A stretch of DNA of 64,000 nt from Nannocystis bainbridge (GTDB taxonomy: Bacteria > Myxococcota_A > Polyangia > Nannocystales > Nannocystaceae). The stretch is from assembly GCF_028368995.1 (NCBI RefSeq), contig NZ_JAQNDL010000003.1, positions 192,001 to 256,000 on the forward strand, given 5' to 3'. How positions within the stretch are numbered: position 1 is the first letter of the stretch; each line of letters opens with the position of its first letter. The notes under the pieces were generated by a model. The model did not search any database. It had not been told where the DNA came from and saw only the letters and a program-made list of their open reading frames with translations. Position numbers and translations under genes: made by a program. This document shows positions 1 through 8,961 of the stretch, piece by piece.

Positions 1-214
1 TCGGCCGGCGACGCGCACGCGAATGCGAAGAGAGCGAAGGTCGTCGCGCACGCTGAGAGAGACGGCCGCCGGCTCGTGGTCACCCCGCGACTCTATCACG
101 GGCGCTCCTCCGGTTCCGCTCGCCGCTCGGGGCGCCGCATCGACCCTGAACGCTCCTCGTCGGAGAGCGGCGATTGCTGGCAATCGCGGCCGCGCCCCGA
201 CGAGCCCCCGCGAT

Positions 215-541
215 TTACAGCGGCGGCGGCGTGGGCGAAGGCGCCGGCGACGGGCCGGGCGGCTGCGGCGCCGGCGACGGGTTCGGAGGCGGCTGCGGCT
301 GCGGCTGCGGCGGCTTCGGAGCCGGCGGCGGCGGATTGGGGTTCGGGTTCGGGTTCGGATTGGGGGTCGGCGTCGGCGACGGCGTGGGGTTGGGCGTCGG
401 CGACGGCGCCGGCGGGCTCGGCTGCATCGCGTCGGCCGAGACCGCTGCCTCGGCCTCCGGCGCCGCGACAGCGACCAGCGTCAGCGCGGCGATCGCCGCC
501 GCAGCGGACTTGAGCATGCGGGTCATGATGCGTTCTTTCAT
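215..541 (-). CDS. Small secreted proline-rich protein
   Basis: Signal-peptide-like N-terminus (MLKSAAAAIAALTLVAVAAPEAEAA) followed by a mature part made almost entirely of PS/PT/PN/PQ repeats. The real start may be at 526 or 517. Confidence 0.6.
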   Translation of the reverse strand: MKERIMTRMLKSAAAAIAALTLVAVAAPEAEAAVSADAMQPSPPAPSPTPNPTPSPTPTPNPNPNPNPNPPPPAPKPPQPQPQPPPNPSPAPQPPGPSPAPSPTPPPL

Positions 542-1009
542 GCATCGACCGTAGGCAACCTCCCATCACCCGTCCAGCGGCGCGGCGGCCATGCCTGCAC
601 TCCTCACATTCACCGGCGGCGCGCATCTATCGCCGGAGCCGCCCTACCAGCGAGGCCAAGCACGCCGATCGCCGCCCAGGGGCCCCTCGCGCCGAGAAAG
701 TGGCGGCGCGAGAAGCCTCGCTCGCGGATCGCCGCGGCGTTGCATGCTCTCGCGCCCGCACGGGTCGCGAGCACCGCGCTGCTCGCGCGAGCCGCCCTTG
801 CACCGATTCCACACCTGCGATTCGCAATCCTCGCAGCCGGTGATCGCGGGCCGCGACAATCGCCTGAGTGCGCTTCTCACCTGACCTTCGCGCCAGGTTT
901 GAATCATCGCGGCGACGCTGCCGGACCCAGCCCTGACCTCTCACCTGCGCTTCTCACGCGATCTCCTCAGGGCCGCGCAGATCCCCCTCTACGGCCCCCA
1001 GACAAATAC

Positions 1010-1025
1010 TAAAGTTTTAACTTTA
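1010..1025. promoter_or_regulatory. AT-rich inverted repeat, probable ArsR-family operator
   Basis: TAAAGTT-TT-AACTTTA inverted repeat about 30 bp upstream of the ArsR gene, in an otherwise GC-rich context. Confidence 0.6.
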
Positions 1026-1057
1026 CTTTCTGGCGGCCGCCTCGCATCCTCCACTGC

Positions 1058-1438
1058 ATGCTCGATCCAGGCGCTGTCGACCGGGTGTTTCATGCGCTCG
1101 CGGACCCGACCCGGCGCGCTCTGGTCGAGCGGCTCGGCCGGGGCCCGGCGTCGGTCAAGGAGTTGGCCGCGCCGTTGCCCATGAGCCTCGCGGCGGTCGT
1201 GCAGCACGTCCAGGTGCTCGAGCAGAGCGGCGTCATCCGCACCGAGAAGATCGGGCGGGTCCGCAGCTGTCGCCTCGACCCGACCGGGCTGGACGTCGCC
1301 GGGCGGTGGATCGCGGAGCGTCGCGCCCTGTGGGAGCGCCGCCTCGATCGCCTGGGCGACCTGCTGGCCGAGCCCGATTCGCCCTGTGAGCAGCGAGCGC
1401 AGCCCCACGACCCCAACACCACGGAGGAACAGTCATGA
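1058..1438 (+). CDS. ArsR/SmtB family transcriptional regulator
   Basis: VFHALADPTRR...ELAAPLPMSLAAVVQHVQVLEQSGVI...GRVRSC winged-HTH pattern; coupled to an SRPBCC gene. Confidence 0.92.
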   Translation: MLDPGAVDRVFHALADPTRRALVERLGRGPASVKELAAPLPMSLAAVVQHVQVLEQSGVIRTEKIGRVRSCRLDPTGLDVAGRWIAERRALWERRLDRLGDLLAEPDSPCEQRAQPHDPNTTEEQS

Positions 1439-1902
1439 CCCCGGAGTCCGTCGTCCACAGCACCATCATCGTCGAGCGCACCTACCCCGTCCCGCCCGAG
1501 CGCGTCTTCGCGGCCTGGGCCGACCCCCGGCAGAAGCAGCGGTGGTTCGCCGACGGCGAGGAGGGCAGCGTGCTGCAATTCGACATGGACTTCCGCGAAG
1601 GCGGCCGCGAGACCGCCCGCTTCCGCAACGGGCCCGACGGCCCCGAGTTCCGCAACGACGGTCATTATCAGGACATCGTGCCCGATCGGCGGATCGTCAT
1701 CGCCTATACCATGAGCAGCGGCGCGAAGCGGTTCTCCGCCTCGCTCGGCACCGTCGAGCTGCGGCCGCAGGCCGGCGGCACCCGGCTCGTCTACACCGAG
1801 CAGGCCGCCTTCTTCGAGGGCGCCGACGGCCCGCGCATGCGCGAGCAGGGCTGGCGCCAGCTGTTCGAGCGGCTCGCCGGCAAGCTCGACGCCCCGCGCT
1901 GA
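1435..1902 (+). CDS. SRPBCC/AHSA1 (activator of Hsp90 ATPase-like) domain protein
   Basis: IVERTYPVPPERVFAAWADP...W, DFREGG and GW C-terminal helix; ATGA overlap with the ArsR gene. Confidence 0.9.
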   Translation: MTPESVVHSTIIVERTYPVPPERVFAAWADPRQKQRWFADGEEGSVLQFDMDFREGGRETARFRNGPDGPEFRNDGHYQDIVPDRRIVIAYTMSSGAKRFSASLGTVELRPQAGGTRLVYTEQAAFFEGADGPRMREQGWRQLFERLAGKLDAPR

Positions 1903-1935
1903 GCTCGGCGGCGGCCTCGCGCATTCCGCCGGCGA

Positions 1936-3255
1936 TCAGCGCAGCGGCAATCGCAGCACCTGCACCGGCGACAGCCGCTCGTGCGGGAAGATCTGCCCGC
2001 CCGCGAAGCTGCGCAGCTGCGAGTTGGCGATATAGACCAGAGAATCGCCGTCCAGCACCCCCGTCGTCGGGATGTGAAAATCGGGGTGTCCCGCCTCGAG
2101 CACCCGCGCCGCGACGATCCGGTCCAGGCCCGCGGCCAGCGTCAATTGCACGATCCGCCCCCCGCCCGCGCTGTTGTCGATCCCGACCAGCGCGCCGCGG
2201 TGAAAATCCAGCCCGTCGAAACCGTGCGTCGCCACCCCGCGCGGGTGCGGCAGCGTGTGCAGCCGGCGAGTCGCCAGCGGGATCGCCGTCAACCCGCGCA
2301 CGAAGTCGGCCACGAACAGGACGCCCCCGTCGTCCGACAGCGCGATCCCGTTGGGGTACGCGAATTCGCCGGCGGGGGCGACGACCTCGAATTGCGCGCC
2401 CGGCCCCGGTCGCAATCGCAACACCTCGCCCGCCTCGCTGTCGGTCAGGTACAGCGCGCCGTCGGCCGCGATCACCAGATCGTTGAGCAAATGTCGGCCC
2501 GGCGATTCGCGCGGGTAACGGGCCCGCGATCGACCGGTCGACGGATCGAGCTCGTGCAGGGCCGCCCGCCCGCGATGCTCGGCCTCGACGAAGCCCTGCA
2601 TCTCCGGCAGGCCGGCGCTGGCCACCCACAGCGATCCGCGGCGCCGATCGAACTTCATGCCCAGCGGGCTATAGAGCCCGTTCGTGGCGTCGGCGACGGC
2701 GAGGTCGCGGGCCGCCCCGCCGCGCTCGACCGCCACGATCTTGCGCTTGTGAATGCTGCCGACGAAGAACGTGCCGGCGCCCGGGTCGTGGGCGATACCC
2801 TCGGGGATCAGCGCGCGGTCTGCCAGCGTGAATGCGCGGACGCTGGGCGAGGCCGGCAGGCGCGCGCGCGCGGCCGCGGCCAGGCGCTCCAGCGCGGGGC
2901 CGACGAGCCCCGGAAAGTCATGCGCCTGCGGCACGAGCAGGCTGCCCGCCGCGTCGAGCCGGCCCAGCACCGCGAGCGCCTCCTGCTCGCGCCCCGCGGC
3001 CGCCAGCACCGCCGCCCGCAGGTACTCGAGCGCCGGATCGCCGACATCGATCGCCGCCGCCGCGTCGAGCGCGACCAGCCCCGCCGCGAATTCCTGGCGC
3101 CCGAGCGCGGCCCCGAGCTGGCCGTACGCGGCCGTCAGCGCGCCCATCTCGGCCTCCGAGAGCCTCGCCGCGGCCGGCTCGCCCGCCGGCGCCGCCGGCT
3201 CGCCACGGGGCGTGCAGGCGGTCGCAAGGATGGCCAGCAGCAGCAGTCGTCGCAT
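1936..3255 (-). CDS. Lipoprotein with TPR-like N-region and SMP-30/gluconolactonase/LRE beta-propeller
   Basis: Lipobox LATAC; PEGIAHD, LNDLVIAADGALYLTDS, PNGIALS and DGL propeller motifs. Confidence 0.8.
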   Translation of the reverse strand: MRRLLLLAILATACTPRGEPAAPAGEPAAARLSEAEMGALTAAYGQLGAALGRQEFAAGLVALDAAAAIDVGDPALEYLRAAVLAAAGREQEALAVLGRLDAAGSLLVPQAHDFPGLVGPALERLAAAARARLPASPSVRAFTLADRALIPEGIAHDPGAGTFFVGSIHKRKIVAVERGGAARDLAVADATNGLYSPLGMKFDRRRGSLWVASAGLPEMQGFVEAEHRGRAALHELDPSTGRSRARYPRESPGRHLLNDLVIAADGALYLTDSEAGEVLRLRPGPGAQFEVVAPAGEFAYPNGIALSDDGGVLFVADFVRGLTAIPLATRRLHTLPHPRGVATHGFDGLDFHRGALVGIDNSAGGGRIVQLTLAAGLDRIVAARVLEAGHPDFHIPTTGVLDGDSLVYIANSQLRSFAGGQIFPHERLSPVQVLRLPLR

Positions 3256-3592
3256 CCCCGCGACCCTATCCGAACTCGCGCGCCGCCTCGACCGCGGTGC
3301 AGCGCGCGGGCGCCCGCCCGTGACCGGCCGGGCACGATCGGTGACGCAGGTCGGTGATCGTCCCGCACGTCCCGCGGCACTTCAAGAGCGGGGCACGCCG
3401 CACGCAACCGGGTGATGGTCGCTGCAATTCTTGCCGGAGGGGCCCCGCCTTCTGCGTCGGGCCGTATGGCCGGGCCGACGACGCCAGGTCGAGGCGAGCA
3501 GCACGGCGCCTGCTCGTCGCATTCGAGGTCCTCATAAAAACGACCTCGGAGGACGACGGGAACGATACCAAGCGCCACTGTATAGACGTCGG

Positions 3593-4843
3593 ATGGGCTC
3601 TCTCGCAAAACCAGTATGTTCCCCGCTACCCTGGGCCGCGGTCGCCTTTATGTTCGCCGCAGGGGCGACGCCGGGCCCGGCCGGGGCCGATGTCGCCGGT
3701 CCGCCCGGTCCGAGCCGCGTCCTCGACGGATTTGAGGTCGAACCGTGCGCCTGGCCCTCGGCCGTCTATCTCCCGGATTCGAGCGGATTCTGCAGCGGCG
3801 TCCACATCGGCGGGCGGATCGTGCTCACCGAGGCCCATTGCCTCGAGGACACCTACGAGACCGAAGTTTCATGCCAGGAGAACGCCGATTGCCCCGAGCA
3901 GGACGCGTTCGGCAACCCCCTGGCGCTGAGCTGCGAGGACCTCGGCGGCGGTGAGGGCGTCTGCCGCGACACCGCCTCGCTGATCGTCAATTCCCTGCCG
4001 TCGGTCCTGTTCGGCGAGTCCTACCCGAACCACGACGGCCACCCGCGCCGCACGATCCCCGTCGAGTACTGCCGCCAGCGAGAGGTCGGAAAAAAGCCCG
4101 CTTTCGACTTCGCTTATTGTGTGCTGAGCGAAGACCCCGCGGTCCAGCCAGTGCCGATGATGATGCACTGCGAGGCCGACCAGTTTTTGACAAAGGGCGC
4201 GCCGCTGGTCGCCATCGGCTTCGGCAGCGAGGACCTCGACGACAAGCCGCCGCCGAAGGGCACCAAGCGCTTCCTCCTCTCGTCGCTGAAGTTCGACGCC
4301 TCGTCGATCGGCAACATCTCCCATACGCCGTGGATCGGCGCCGGTGACGCGCCGGGGCTGGCGGAGGGCGACTCCGGTGGGCCGCTGTTCGTGCAGCTGC
4401 CCGACAAGACGTGGCGGCTCGTGGGCCTGGCCGAGACGGCGATCTCGCACACGCACGTGTGGATGCACGTCGCTTGGATGCTCGAGGACCCGCACGTCGT
4501 CGCCGAGCAGAGCAAGATCTTGCCGTGCCACACGGCGGACGGGAAATGGGCGCCCACGCCGTCCTGCGGGCAGTTCCCGCTGGCCCCCGACCTCCCCCAG
4601 GGCGACTGGACCCGCGGCGCCTTCGCCTGCCATCACCCCGAGGTCAGCGGCCCGAGCACCACCTGCGGTCAGCCTTTCTCGTCGCTCGCCGCGCAAGACC
4701 TGCCGCCGGGGTCCATGGACGATCGCACGGAGGTCTCTGCATCGCCGGATCGCAGCAATCAAAAAATCGCGCTGCTTGGCCCCCTGCTGGCCGGAGGCCT
4801 CGGCCTGTGGGCCTCGCAGCGGCGGAGGAACCGTCATGACTGA
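3593..4843 (+). CDS. Secreted trypsin-like (S1) serine protease with C-terminal membrane anchor
   Basis: Catalytic triad motifs VLTEAHC, DFAYCVL and GDSGGPL; N-terminal signal; C-terminal hydrophobic stretch plus RRR. Start chosen at ATG 3593. Confidence 0.85.
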   Translation: MGSLAKPVCSPLPWAAVAFMFAAGATPGPAGADVAGPPGPSRVLDGFEVEPCAWPSAVYLPDSSGFCSGVHIGGRIVLTEAHCLEDTYETEVSCQENADCPEQDAFGNPLALSCEDLGGGEGVCRDTASLIVNSLPSVLFGESYPNHDGHPRRTIPVEYCRQREVGKKPAFDFAYCVLSEDPAVQPVPMMMHCEADQFLTKGAPLVAIGFGSEDLDDKPPPKGTKRFLLSSLKFDASSIGNISHTPWIGAGDAPGLAEGDSGGPLFVQLPDKTWRLVGLAETAISHTHVWMHVAWMLEDPHVVAEQSKILPCHTADGKWAPTPSCGQFPLAPDLPQGDWTRGAFACHHPEVSGPSTTCGQPFSSLAAQDLPPGSMDDRTEVSASPDRSNQKIALLGPLLAGGLGLWASQRRRNRHD

Positions 4844-6200
4844 ACATCGTCTCGCTGCGATCGCACTCGGCGTTCTCGCGGCCTGCTCGCCCGGCGGCGG
4901 TGACGACGGCTCGGCCACGGCCGGTGATACCGCGTTCACGACCACCGGCGAACCAGTGGAGACCTTCCCGACCGAAGGCAGCGCCTCCGACTCCGGCTTC
5001 AACCCCGATTTCCGCCGCGTGCTCGGCGGCACCACCGTCGAGTCCGCCTATACGCGGGTCCGGGTCGGTCAGCTCGATCGCGTCGATGCGACCGGCTGCT
5101 GCGCCGACTATGTGCTCGCGGGGCCGGCCCAGAACCACGTAAAGATCCTCTTCGGCGCGCCCTCCCGCGGCCTGTTGTTCCTCGCGGACACCCCCGATCA
5201 GGCGTTCACCATGGGCCCGGCGACCGTCGGCATCGACGACATCGTGGTCGGCGATTTTGATGCCGACGGCCGCGAGGACGTGCTCGCGCTCCGCAGCGAC
5301 GGGATCGTCGGCATTCGCCGCGGCGTGGGCGTCGCCGCGCCGGCCCTCGTGCTCTCCGAGCAGCTGATCGAGGTCCCGCTGACGACCAAGCACACCCGGG
5401 GCCGCCGCTCGCTTGCGCTCGCCGACCTCGACTGTCTCGGCAAGCCCGACCTCGTCGCCGTCTCGCCCGCGGACGACCACGTGGTGTACGCTCTGGCGGT
5501 GCCTGGTGATGTGTTCAGCCCCGCGCAAGTCCATGCGACCGGCGCCGGCACGGCCCCGCAGCAGCTCGCTGTCGGCGACGTCGACGGGGACGGCGACAAC
5601 GACATCATCACCGGCAACAGCCACGGCTCGGCCTCGGTCCTGCGCAACGAATGCGCCGGCGCCTTCGCGCCCGCCGTCGAGTTCCCCCTCTTCACAAAAC
5701 CGTTCGACACGCCCGGCATGCAGGTCGCCATCGGTCGCATGTGCATCGGCGAGACGACCTCGCATTGGCCGGCCATCGCCCTCGGCCACGCCGACCAGGT
5801 CTTCATCCTCTGCGGCAACAGCAAGGGCACCTTCGACGCGATCGACGAGGAGCCGTCGGCCGCGTTCGGCGTGCCCGTCGACTACATCATGGACAGCAAC
5901 GAGAAAGGTACCGATGACGGCGCCACGGTGTTCCAGCTGCAGTACTGGGAGCCGACGCTCAGCCTGCACGTGCTGTGGTCGGGGCAACAAGAGGTCGTGC
6001 GCTTCGTCGCCTCGCCCCTGGCAGGATCCGTCGGCCCCGGGGTGCCGGTCGCAGATCTCGCAGGCCGGGACTTCATCATGGGCGAGGGCCACAAGTCCTT
6101 CGCGCTCCATCGCAGCCAGGCAGCGGCCGGTTTACAGTGGACACATATCGTACGACTCGTGCAAGGCAGTTCCTTGACCGACATCGGTTTTGCGAGGTGA
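4836..6200 (+). CDS. FG-GAP/VCBS repeat lipoprotein
   Basis: Lipobox VLAAC; GDFDADGREDV, ADLDCLGKPDL and GDVDGDGDNDII repeats; GGAGG RBS; overlaps the protease stop. Confidence 0.85.
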   Translation: MTEHRLAAIALGVLAACSPGGGDDGSATAGDTAFTTTGEPVETFPTEGSASDSGFNPDFRRVLGGTTVESAYTRVRVGQLDRVDATGCCADYVLAGPAQNHVKILFGAPSRGLLFLADTPDQAFTMGPATVGIDDIVVGDFDADGREDVLALRSDGIVGIRRGVGVAAPALVLSEQLIEVPLTTKHTRGRRSLALADLDCLGKPDLVAVSPADDHVVYALAVPGDVFSPAQVHATGAGTAPQQLAVGDVDGDGDNDIITGNSHGSASVLRNECAGAFAPAVEFPLFTKPFDTPGMQVAIGRMCIGETTSHWPAIALGHADQVFILCGNSKGTFDAIDEEPSAAFGVPVDYIMDSNEKGTDDGATVFQLQYWEPTLSLHVLWSGQQEVVRFVASPLAGSVGPGVPVADLAGRDFIMGEGHKSFALHRSQAAAGLQWTHIVRLVQGSSLTDIGFAR

Positions 6201-6203
6201 AAC

Positions 6204-6554
6204 ATGCGGGTATATGCACCCCTCTCCATCGTGTTCGGTTGGTCCCTGGCCGCTTGTGGCGAAGACCCGGCCGAACCTGATCTGGAAGCCATCAGCCGCG
6301 ACTATTGTACCATCGTTCAAGAGTGCAATCCTGCGGCTGCCTTTCCCAGCCAGGAGGAGTGTGAGGCCCACTCCTCGCAGGAATACGCCCTCGCGCGAAA
6401 AGACGATCCCCCGTGCTTCGAAGCGCTCATGAACTGGGAGGCTTGCGTGGGCGCGCTGGAAAATTGCGAAGAGTATGACCTCTATCTATACGCCATGGGC
6501 ACGCAATGCCTGGAGGAACGCGATGAATTCTATAACTATTGCATGGTCATCTAG
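6204..6554 (+). CDS. Small Cys-rich lipoprotein
   Basis: Lipobox LAAC; 8 further Cys; GAGG RBS; noticeably more AT-rich codons than its neighbours. Confidence 0.75.
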   Translation: MRVYAPLSIVFGWSLAACGEDPAEPDLEAISRDYCTIVQECNPAAAFPSQEECEAHSSQEYALARKDDPPCFEALMNWEACVGALENCEEYDLYLYAMGTQCLEERDEFYNYCMVI

Positions 6555-6969
6555 GATATTGACCGCAGCCTTCGTAATGTTCACCGCCTGCGCCGACCGA
6601 GCCCTCGAGGACGGCGCATCGGAGAGCTCGACCACCCTCGCCGCGGAGACGGCGGACCCCAGCGAGCATCCCGAGGCCGACACGATCGCGCGGCGCTGCG
6701 CGTGGATCGTCGACTGCCAGTTCGGCTGGGACGAGCGCGCCGAGTGCGAGCGCGACCACGCGGCGCGCCTCGCCGGCTATCGCGCGGACGACACCGCGTC
6801 GCTCGACTGCGTCCCCGCGACCCTCGATTTCTGGGCCTGCGGCAACGAGGCCACCGACTGCAGGGAGTTCTGGTTCAGCTGGGGGCTGCTCGAACACAAC
6901 GAGCGGTGCGGCGACGCCAAGGAGCGGGTCTGCGAGGCCCGCTGCGGCGGCTGCGTCAGCGACACCTGA
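6523..6969 (+). CDS. Small Cys-rich lipoprotein, paralogous in Cys spacing to 6204-6554
   Basis: GGAGG RBS before ATG 6523; lipobox FTAC; similar C-x5-C...C-x9-C-x6-C pattern. Confidence 0.7.
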   Translation: MNSITIAWSSRILTAAFVMFTACADRALEDGASESSTTLAAETADPSEHPEADTIARRCAWIVDCQFGWDERAECERDHAARLAGYRADDTASLDCVPATLDFWACGNEATDCREFWFSWGLLEHNERCGDAKERVCEARCGGCVSDT

Positions 6970-6975
6970 CGCCGC

Positions 6976-8484
6976 TCATTGCTGGTACCAGTCGTCGAAC
7001 GGTGCCAGCGCCCACAGCACCGTCTTCCACGTCGTGTACGTATCGACCGCCTGCGGCCCGCAGTCGCGGCCGAAGCCTGACGACTTCACCCCGCCGAACG
7101 GCACCTCGACCGGCGTCGGGTTGTAGTTGTTGATCCACACATAGCCCGACTGCAGCTCCTGCGTGCACCGCAGCGCCCGCTGCACGCTCCCCGTCCATGC
7201 CCCGGCCGCCAGCCCGAACTCGGTCGCGTTGGCCAGCGCGATCGCCTCGTCGTCCGTCGTGAACTTCGTGATGGTCACCACCGGCCCGAAGATCTCCTCC
7301 TGGAACACGCGGTGCTCCGGCTTCACCTCTGCCAGCACCGTCGGCAGGTACCAGTGCCCGCGCGCGAAGTGCTGCTCGGCCGGCGGCGGCCCGCCGCACA
7401 GCCGCTTCGCCCCCTCCGCCAGCCCGACCTCCACGTAGTCCGCGACCTTGCGCGCGTGCGCGGCCGAGATCAGCGCGCCCATCTGGCTGCGCTCGTCGAG
7501 CGGCGGCAGCACGCGGATCGCCCGCGCGCGCTCGACCAGGCGGGCCACGAAGCGCTCGTAGATCCCCGCCTGCACGAGCAGGCGGCTGCCCGCGTTGCAG
7601 TTCTCGCCCTGATTATAAAAGATGCCGAACGCCGCGCCGGCGCTGGCGCGCTCGAGGTCGGCGTCGTCGAACACGATGTTGGGTGATTTGCCGCCGAGCT
7701 CGAGCTGCGTCGGTCGCAGCAGATCGGCGCGCGCGTGCAGCACCTTGCGCCCGGTCACCACCCCGCCGGTGAACGCCAGCACGTCGACGTGGGGGTGGCT
7801 CGCCAGCGGCGCGCCGGCGTCGCTCCCGGTGCCGCAGACGACGTTGAACACCCCCGGCGGCACCCCAGCCGCCAGCGCCAGCTCGGCCGCCGCCAGCATC
7901 GTCAGGCTCGTCAGCTCGCTGGGCTTGAGCACCACGCTGCAGCCGCTGCACAGCGCCGGCGCGAACTTCCACGCGCCGACGTACAGCGGGAAGTTCCATG
8001 GCGTGATCTGCCCGACCACCCCGGCCGGCTCGCGGATCACCGTGGCGAAGCTGTTGCCCGGCACGCGCGTGGTCTGCCCGAACAGCTGCGACGCCAGGCC
8101 GGCGTAGTACTCGAGGATCTCCGCGGTGCCGACGATGTCGGCGCGGGCCTCGGCGATCGGCTTGCCGCTGTCGCGCGTCTCGAGCCACGCCAGCGCCTCG
8201 GCCTCGTCGCGGATCGCCCGCGCGAACGCCCACAGCACGCGCCCGCGGTGGGCCGGGTCGGCGCGCGACCAGGCGCCGGCGACGAAGCTGGCGCGCGCAG
8301 CCCGGACCGCGCGATCGATGTCCTCGGCGCCACCCGCGGGGATCGTGGCGAAGATCTCGCCGGTGGCCGGGTCCTCGACGGGCAACGTCGCGCCGCCCGT
8401 CGACGGCACCACGCGGCCGTCGATCACGTGGCCCTGAGGGTGGAGGAAGCGCGCGGCGCCGGCGGGGATCGTGGCAGTGCTCAT
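6976..8484 (-). CDS. Aldehyde dehydrogenase family protein
   Basis: ITPWNFP, LKPSE, FTGG, LELGGKSP, FYNQGENC (catalytic Cys), EEIFGPV and PFGGVKSSG. Confidence 0.95.
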   Translation of the reverse strand: MSTATIPAGAARFLHPQGHVIDGRVVPSTGGATLPVEDPATGEIFATIPAGGAEDIDRAVRAARASFVAGAWSRADPAHRGRVLWAFARAIRDEAEALAWLETRDSGKPIAEARADIVGTAEILEYYAGLASQLFGQTTRVPGNSFATVIREPAGVVGQITPWNFPLYVGAWKFAPALCSGCSVVLKPSELTSLTMLAAAELALAAGVPPGVFNVVCGTGSDAGAPLASHPHVDVLAFTGGVVTGRKVLHARADLLRPTQLELGGKSPNIVFDDADLERASAGAAFGIFYNQGENCNAGSRLLVQAGIYERFVARLVERARAIRVLPPLDERSQMGALISAAHARKVADYVEVGLAEGAKRLCGGPPPAEQHFARGHWYLPTVLAEVKPEHRVFQEEIFGPVVTITKFTTDDEAIALANATEFGLAAGAWTGSVQRALRCTQELQSGYVWINNYNPTPVEVPFGGVKSSGFGRDCGPQAVDTYTTWKTVLWALAPFDDWYQQ

Positions 8485-8580
8485 GAGGACGGCGGCGAGT
8501 CTACCCGTGAAGGCGTCACCGCGGATACCGCCGAACGCCCGGCTCGGGCGACCGCCGCGGGCGCTGGTATCCTCGCCGCC

Positions 8581-8958
8581 ATGGTCACCGAGACGCCCGT
8601 GTTCGCCGCCCTCCTGCTCCTGCTCGTCACGCTGCTGGCCGTGAACACCTCGCTCACGCGCATGCGCCTGCAGATCCGCCTCGGCGACGGCGGCGACGAA
8701 CGCATGACTCGCGCCATTCGCGCGCACGCCAACGCGTTCGAGCATGTGCTGCCATTCGTCCTGCTGCTGTTCTTCTACGAGCAATCGGGCGCCTGCGCGA
8801 CCGCCATTCGCTGGTTCGGCGGGCTGTTCCTGGCGGCGCGGCTCGGCCACGCGATCGGCATGCTGCGCGGCCCGTTCAACCTGCTGCGCTTCGGCGCCTC
8901 GCTCACCGCCGTGCTCGAGGTGTGGCTGGCGCTGTCGCTGCTGCGCAACCTCCTGTGA
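8581..8958 (+). CDS. MAPEG family membrane protein
   Basis: LGDGGD...RAIRAHANAFE...ARLGHA; four hydrophobic segments. Confidence 0.88.
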   Translation: MVTETPVFAALLLLLVTLLAVNTSLTRMRLQIRLGDGGDERMTRAIRAHANAFEHVLPFVLLLFFYEQSGACATAIRWFGGLFLAARLGHAIGMLRGPFNLLRFGASLTAVLEVWLALSLLRNLL

Positions 8959-8961
8959 CGG

